Below the pieces are notes generated by a model. That model saw only the letters and a list, made by a program, of their open reading frames with translations. It did not search any database and was not told where the DNA came from. From Candidatus Sericytochromatia bacterium (GTDB lineage Bacteria > Cyanobacteriota > Sericytochromatia > S15B-MN24 > JAQBPE01), in NCBI GenBank assembly GCA_035285125.1, contig JAYKHR010000003.1, positions 1 through 10,902 of the forward strand: 10,902 nt of DNA, given 5' to 3'. Position 1 is the stretch's first letter; each line of letters opens with the position of its first letter. Positions 6,765-10,902 of this stretch are shown piece after piece. Position numbers and translations under genes: made by a program.

Positions 6765-6794
6765 TTGACAACCTCCCGCGCCGCGCCGCATGCT
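6765..6794 (+). promoter_or_regulatory. Putative sigma70 promoter for the ppx-HD-ppk1 operon
   Basis: Consensus -35 TTGACA (6765-6770), an 18-nt spacer and a -10-like CATGCT (6789-6794), 38 nt upstream of the ppx GTG. Confidence 0.5.
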
Positions 6795-6832
6795 GGCGAC
6801 CCTCGTCCGGTGCTGCTCAGGAGGCTTCTCGC

Positions 6833-8380
6833 GTGCTCGGCGCTCCCCACTCTCACGTCGCGGTGATCGACCTGGGCTCGAACTCGGTCCGGGTCGTGAT
6901 CTACCGCGTTGACCCGCACGGGGGCGTGCGGGAGGTCGAAAACGTCAAGCGGGCCCTTCGCCTCGGGGGGCGCCTGGACGCGGCAGGCTGCCTGAGTGCC
7001 GATGCCCGGGAAGACTTCCTGGCCTGCCTGCGCCAGTTCCGCGGGCTGCTCGAAGCCTGGCGCGTCTCGGCCGTCACCGCTGTCGCCACGGCCGTCTTCC
7101 GGCAGGCCGCGGACGGCCCCGAGGTGCTCGAGGCCGGGGAGCGCGTGCTCGGCCACCCGATCCGCCTGCTGCCGGGTGAGGAGGAGGCCCGCTATGGCGT
7201 GGTGGGCGTGCTGGAAACCACCGATTTCGAGGACGCCCTCGTGGTGGACCTCGGGGGGGCCAGCGTCGAGCTCACGGCCGTGCGGGGGCGCCAGATCGAG
7301 GCGGCCGTCAGCCTGCCCTTCGGGGCTGTGACCCTCACGGAGCGCTTCCTGGCGGGGCGGGACGAGCGGGTGGGGTACGAGGCCCTCACGGCCTTCCTGG
7401 AGGGCGCCCTGGCCGGCCACCCCTGGATCGCCGGCGTGCTTGGGCCCGTGATCGCCGTCGGCGGGTCGGCCCGGAGCATCGGCCGCGTCCACCTTGGGCG
7501 GCGCCTGGCGGGCCTGGCTGGCCTGCACCAGCACCGGGTGCCGGCGGCCGACATCCGACGCCTGGGCCAGGAGGTGGTCGCTGTCTCCGCGGCAGCCAGG
7601 GCCGACACGCTGGAGCTGGCCGCCGAGCGCGCCGAGCTGCTACCTGCCGCCCTCGCCGTCTTCGACGCTGCGCTCGGACCTCGGCGGGACGCGCTCGTGG
7701 TGTGCGGGGCCGGGCTGCGCGAGGGAATCCTGTTCGAGAAGTTGCGGGCGCTGCGCGGGGAGCCGCGCCCGGCGTCGATGGTTGTCGAGGCCGCCGAGCG
7801 GCTGCTGCTGGGCTTCGACGGGGACCTGCCCCACGCCCGCCAGGTGGCCCGGCTGGCCTGCGAGCTGCTCGACGGCCTGCGCGGAGCGGGCCTGGCGGTC
7901 GGCGGGCCGTCCTCCCGGCGGGTGCTCGAGGCCGCGGGCCTGTTGCGCGGGCTCGGGCAGGTGATGGGGGTGCAGGGCTTCGAGGCCTTCACGCTCCCCA
8001 TGGTGCTGCGCTCGGGCCTGGCGGGGCTGAGCGCTGAGAACCGGGCCCGCACCGCCCTCGTGGCCGCCTTCAAGAACGGCAAGCTGCTGAAGGCGGCGCT
8101 GGCCGACATGAAGCCCCTGGTGCAGTCGGGCCAGGCGCCCGAACTGGAGACGCTGGGGGCCATCCTGCTCCTCGCTGAGGCCCTGGACCGCACCCGCCGC
8201 CAGGCCGTGCGCGCCGTGCGGGTCGAGGACCAGGGCGGGGCGCTGCGGCTGCGGCTCGTCACCGTGGAGCCTCAGCCGCTCGAGCTCACGCTCTTGGATG
8301 AGCCGCTGCAACGCCTGGGTAAGATGCTCAGGAGACCGCTCGCGCTGGTGGTCGACAGTGAGGTCGAACTCAACGCATGA
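6833..8380 (+). CDS. ppx: Ppx/GppA family exopolyphosphatase (515 aa) with a degenerate C-terminal HD-like domain
   Basis: GTG 6833 with AGGAGG 8 nt upstream. ASKHA/Ppx motifs VIDLGSNSVR, ATAVFRQA, GEEEARYG, DLGGASVE, LPFGAV, ERAELL and GLREGIL; adjacent to ppk1. Polyphosphate versus pppGpp specificity cannot be read from sequence. Confidence 0.92.
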   Translation: MLGAPHSHVAVIDLGSNSVRVVIYRVDPHGGVREVENVKRALRLGGRLDAAGCLSADAREDFLACLRQFRGLLEAWRVSAVTAVATAVFRQAADGPEVLEAGERVLGHPIRLLPGEEEARYGVVGVLETTDFEDALVVDLGGASVELTAVRGRQIEAAVSLPFGAVTLTERFLAGRDERVGYEALTAFLEGALAGHPWIAGVLGPVIAVGGSARSIGRVHLGRRLAGLAGLHQHRVPAADIRRLGQEVVAVSAAARADTLELAAERAELLPAALAVFDAALGPRRDALVVCGAGLREGILFEKLRALRGEPRPASMVVEAAERLLLGFDGDLPHARQVARLACELLDGLRGAGLAVGGPSSRRVLEAAGLLRGLGQVMGVQGFEAFTLPMVLRSGLAGLSAENRARTALVAAFKNGKLLKAALADMKPLVQSGQAPELETLGAILLLAEALDRTRRQAVRAVRVEDQGGALRLRLVTVEPQPLELTLLDEPLQRLGKMLRRPLALVVDSEVELNA

Positions 8381-9000
8381 CCGAGACGCTGACCGCTCCG
8401 CCTTCCTGGCTGCACGACTGCCGGAGCCTGCTTGCCAAGCACCGCGCCCACGAGGCCCACGCTGAGAAGGTGGCCAGGCTCGCGGACGGCCTCTTCAGCT
8501 TTACGCTGGACTTCAACGGGCTTGAAGAGGCGGACCGCGTGCCCCTCGTCGCCGGGTCCCTGCTGCACGACGTGGGCCAGGTGATCGGCGACAAGGGGCA
8601 CCACCGGCACGGGGCCTGGCTCATCGCGCACGACGAGGATCTGGACGGCTGGCCGGCCGCGCTGCGCGCCGAAGCCGCCTGGCTGGCGCTCAACCACCGC
8701 AAGCGGCGCGTCCGCGGCGACCGCGGCCTCTCCCGGGAGGCCCTGGACAGGCTGTGGCGCATGGCCGCCATCCTGCGCCTCGCGGACGTCCTGGACAGGT
8801 TCCACGATCAGCAGGCGGCCATCCACGAGCTCGTCGTGGACGCGGACGAGGCCCGCCTCTGGTTCACGGTGTCGGGCGTCGATCTCGAGGCCCTTGAGCC
8901 GGCCCTGGCCCGCAAGGCGGCCTGGGCCGCGGAGGCCTGGGATCTGGAGCTGGCCTTCCGCTGTGGCGAGGCCAGCGTGCGGGTGACCCCCGGGGGCTGA
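8377..9000 (+). CDS. Standalone HD-domain protein, homologous to the Ppx C-terminal region (207 aa)
   Basis: HAEKVARLA...LLHDVG...GHHRHG...NHRK...ILRLADVLD; ATGA start/stop overlap with ppx. Confidence 0.88.
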   Translation: MTETLTAPPSWLHDCRSLLAKHRAHEAHAEKVARLADGLFSFTLDFNGLEEADRVPLVAGSLLHDVGQVIGDKGHHRHGAWLIAHDEDLDGWPAALRAEAAWLALNHRKRRVRGDRGLSREALDRLWRMAAILRLADVLDRFHDQQAAIHELVVDADEARLWFTVSGVDLEALEPALARKAAWAAEAWDLELAFRCGEASVRVTPGG

Positions 9001-9005
9001 GCGGT

Positions 9006-10902
9006 ATGGACGATCTGACGCTTCGCATCACCTTGCCGGCAGAGCGATACCTCGACGAGGAACTTAGCTGGCTCGCCTTCAACGACCGCGTGCTGGAGGA
9101 GGCCCTCGACCCGGCCAACCCCCTGCTGGAGCGCGTGAAGTTCGCGGCCATCGTGGCCTCCAACCTCGACGAGTTCTTCGCCGTGCGCGTGGCCAAGCTT
9201 CGGGAGATGACCAGGCCCGGGCACAAACGTCGCGACAACGTGCCGCATGCGCGGGCCAACGAGCGCATGCAGGCCGTCTCCCGCCGCACCCACGACCAGG
9301 TCGCGCGCCTGTACGAAGCGCTGCAGGGCGCCCTGCTGCCTGCACTGGAGACGGAGGGCATCCGCTTCTGGCGGGCCGACGAGCTCCCGCCGGGCCACGC
9401 CGAGGCCGTCGAGGCCGAGTTCCTGAACCACATCCAGCCCGTGCTCACGCCGATGGCGGTGGATGCCGGGCGCCCCTTCCCGATGCTCGCGCACAAGCGC
9501 CTGAACCTGGCCGTGATGCTGGAGCGCGACCAGCCTGCCCCTGGCCCGCGGCTCTTCGCGGTGGTGCAGGTGCCGCCGGGCCTGCGCCGGACCATCGAGC
9601 TGCGCTCTGACCCCGACGGCGACGAGTTCGTGCTGCTCGAGGACGTGATCCAGCGCTGGCTCCACACCCTGTTCGCCGGGCACCGGGTGCTGGCGAGCAG
9701 CGCCTTCCGCATCACCCGCACGGCGGAGATCGCCGTGGACGAGAGTCGCACGGAGGACCTGCTCGAGGCGATCCAGGCCGAGCTCAAGAAGCGGCGCAAG
9801 GGGGCCCCGGTGCGGCTCGAGCTGGCGGCTGACACCGCCCCGGAGCTGGAGGCCTTCCTGGTCGACGCCTTGGAGGTGGAGGCGCGCGACATCTACCGTG
9901 TGCCGGGCCCGCTCGATCCCACTTTTCTGATGGGCTTCTCAGCCATCGCCGGCTACGAGGACCTGCGCTTCGACGAACTCAAGCCCGTGCTGCCGGCGGC
10001 CTTCGGGGGCGTCTCCAGCATCTTCGAGGCCATCGCCAGGCGCGACATCCTCGTGCACCACCCCTACGAGTCCTTCGAGTCTGTGCTGCACTTCATCCGG
10101 GAGGCGGCCGAGGACCCCGACGTCCTCGCCATCAAGCAGACGCTCTACCGCGTCAGCGGCAGCTCGCCCGTGGTGGCGGCGCTCGCGCGGGCGGCCGAGC
10201 TCGGCAAGCAGGTCACGGTGCTTGTCGAGCTCAAGGCCCGCTTCGACGAGGAGAACAACATCGCCTGGGCCAAGCGCCTGGAAGAAGCCGGCTGCCACGT
10301 CATCTACGGCCTCGTGGGCCTCAAGACGCACTGCAAGATCACCCTCGTGGTGCGTCGCGAGGGCAGCCAGATCCGCCGCTACATGCACCTCGGCACCGGT
10401 AACTACAACGATCAGACGGCCCGGGTCTACACGGACGTGGGCCTCTTCACGGCCCATGCCGAGCTGGGCGAGGACGCGACCCAGTTCTTCAACCACCTCT
10501 CGGGCTACGCCGAGGTCCCTCGCTACCAGCGGCTGGCGGCCGCCCCCGAGCGGCTGCGCGAGACGCTGCAGGGGCTCGTGCGCCAGGCGATCGCGGCGCA
10601 CACGCCGGAGCAGCCCTCCCACCTCCGGCTGCAGATGAACGCCCTCACGGACCTCAAGCTGATCGACGCGCTCTACGAGGCCTCCCAGGCCGGCGTGCGG
10701 GTAGACCTGCTGGTGCGAGGCACCTGCGCCCTGCGGCCGGGCGTGCCGGGCCTGAGCGAGCGGATCCAGGTCGCGAGCATCGTGGGGCGGTTCCTGGAGC
10801 ACTGCCGGATCTTCCACTTCACCTTCGCGGGGGAGGAGCGCTTCTACTTCTCGAGCGCCGACTGGATGCGGCGGAACATGGACCACCGCGTGGAGCTCCT
10901 GG
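9006..10902 (+). CDS. ppk1: Polyphosphate kinase 1, 3' end beyond the window
   Basis: Not in the ORF track because there is no stop in the window. Open frame from ATG 9006 with ELSWLAFNDRVLEEA, PLLERVKF, SNLDEFF, HHPYESF, IKQTLYR, VELKARFDEENNI, GLKTHCK (phospho-acceptor His at 10329-10331), GTGNYN, RFLEH and SSADWMRRN. Confidence 0.97.
   Translation, partial: MDDLTLRITLPAERYLDEELSWLAFNDRVLEEALDPANPLLERVKFAAIVASNLDEFFAVRVAKLREMTRPGHKRRDNVPHARANERMQAVSRRTHDQVARLYEALQGALLPALETEGIRFWRADELPPGHAEAVEAEFLNHIQPVLTPMAVDAGRPFPMLAHKRLNLAVMLERDQPAPGPRLFAVVQVPPGLRRTIELRSDPDGDEFVLLEDVIQRWLHTLFAGHRVLASSAFRITRTAEIAVDESRTEDLLEAIQAELKKRRKGAPVRLELAADTAPELEAFLVDALEVEARDIYRVPGPLDPTFLMGFSAIAGYEDLRFDELKPVLPAAFGGVSSIFEAIARRDILVHHPYESFESVLHFIREAAEDPDVLAIKQTLYRVSGSSPVVAALARAAELGKQVTVLVELKARFDEENNIAWAKRLEEAGCHVIYGLVGLKTHCKITLVVRREGSQIRRYMHLGTGNYNDQTARVYTDVGLFTAHAELGEDATQFFNHLSGYAEVPRYQRLAAAPERLRETLQGLVRQAIAAHTPEQPSHLRLQMNALTDLKLIDALYEASQAGVRVDLLVRGTCALRPGVPGLSERIQVASIVGRFLEHCRIFHFTFAGEERFYFSSADWMRRNMDHRVELL

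Noticed and set aside
5108..6832. Apparent 1090-aa ORF (5108..8380) suggesting a large N-terminal fusion to Ppx
   Set aside because: The first 575 codons are the stop-free antisense of guaA plus intergenic DNA; the real start is GTG 6833 with a strong AGGAGG.
6683..6832. Purine or ppGpp riboswitch upstream of guaA
   Set aside because: The putative promoter leaves a leader of only about 30 nt, and no recognisable aptamer core or terminator is present.
6683..7534. Apparent N-terminal extension of GuaA (802-aa ORF)
   Set aside because: The extension is antisense to ppx; GuaA homology and the Shine-Dalgarno site begin at GTG 6682.
8808..10886. Minus-strand ORFs 8808..9683, 8864..9892 and 9939..10886
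   Set aside because: Antisense to the continuous ppk1 frame starting at 9006.

Overview
High-GC bacterial chromosomal window with no RNA genes, CRISPR array or mobile element recognisable. The right two thirds is a nucleotide/phosphate housekeeping block. guaA-guaB (minus strand; the IMPDH lacks its CBS/Bateman domain) lies back-to-back with a plus-strand operon: ppx/gppA, a standalone Ppx-type HD-domain gene, and ppk1 (runs off the right edge). The left third is accessory-like. It holds the 5' part of a divergent cyanophycin-synthetase-like (CphA/ATP-grasp) gene that the ORF track missed, a Trp-rich small membrane protein, two tandem small low-complexity proteins, a lipoprotein S8 subtilase and an orphan lipoprotein. 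Two observations stand out. (1) The two small proteins share an ungapped 30-residue motif (hydrophobic/acidic alternation-DVP-x13-TG-x3-RRR) and sit directly downstream of the subtilase, suggesting an undescribed peptide family or peptide-processing system. (2) The Ppx C-terminal HD domain has lost its His/Asp ligands while an intact paralogous HD domain is encoded as the next, translationally coupled gene. All calls come from manual translation and motif recognition; no database searches were run.
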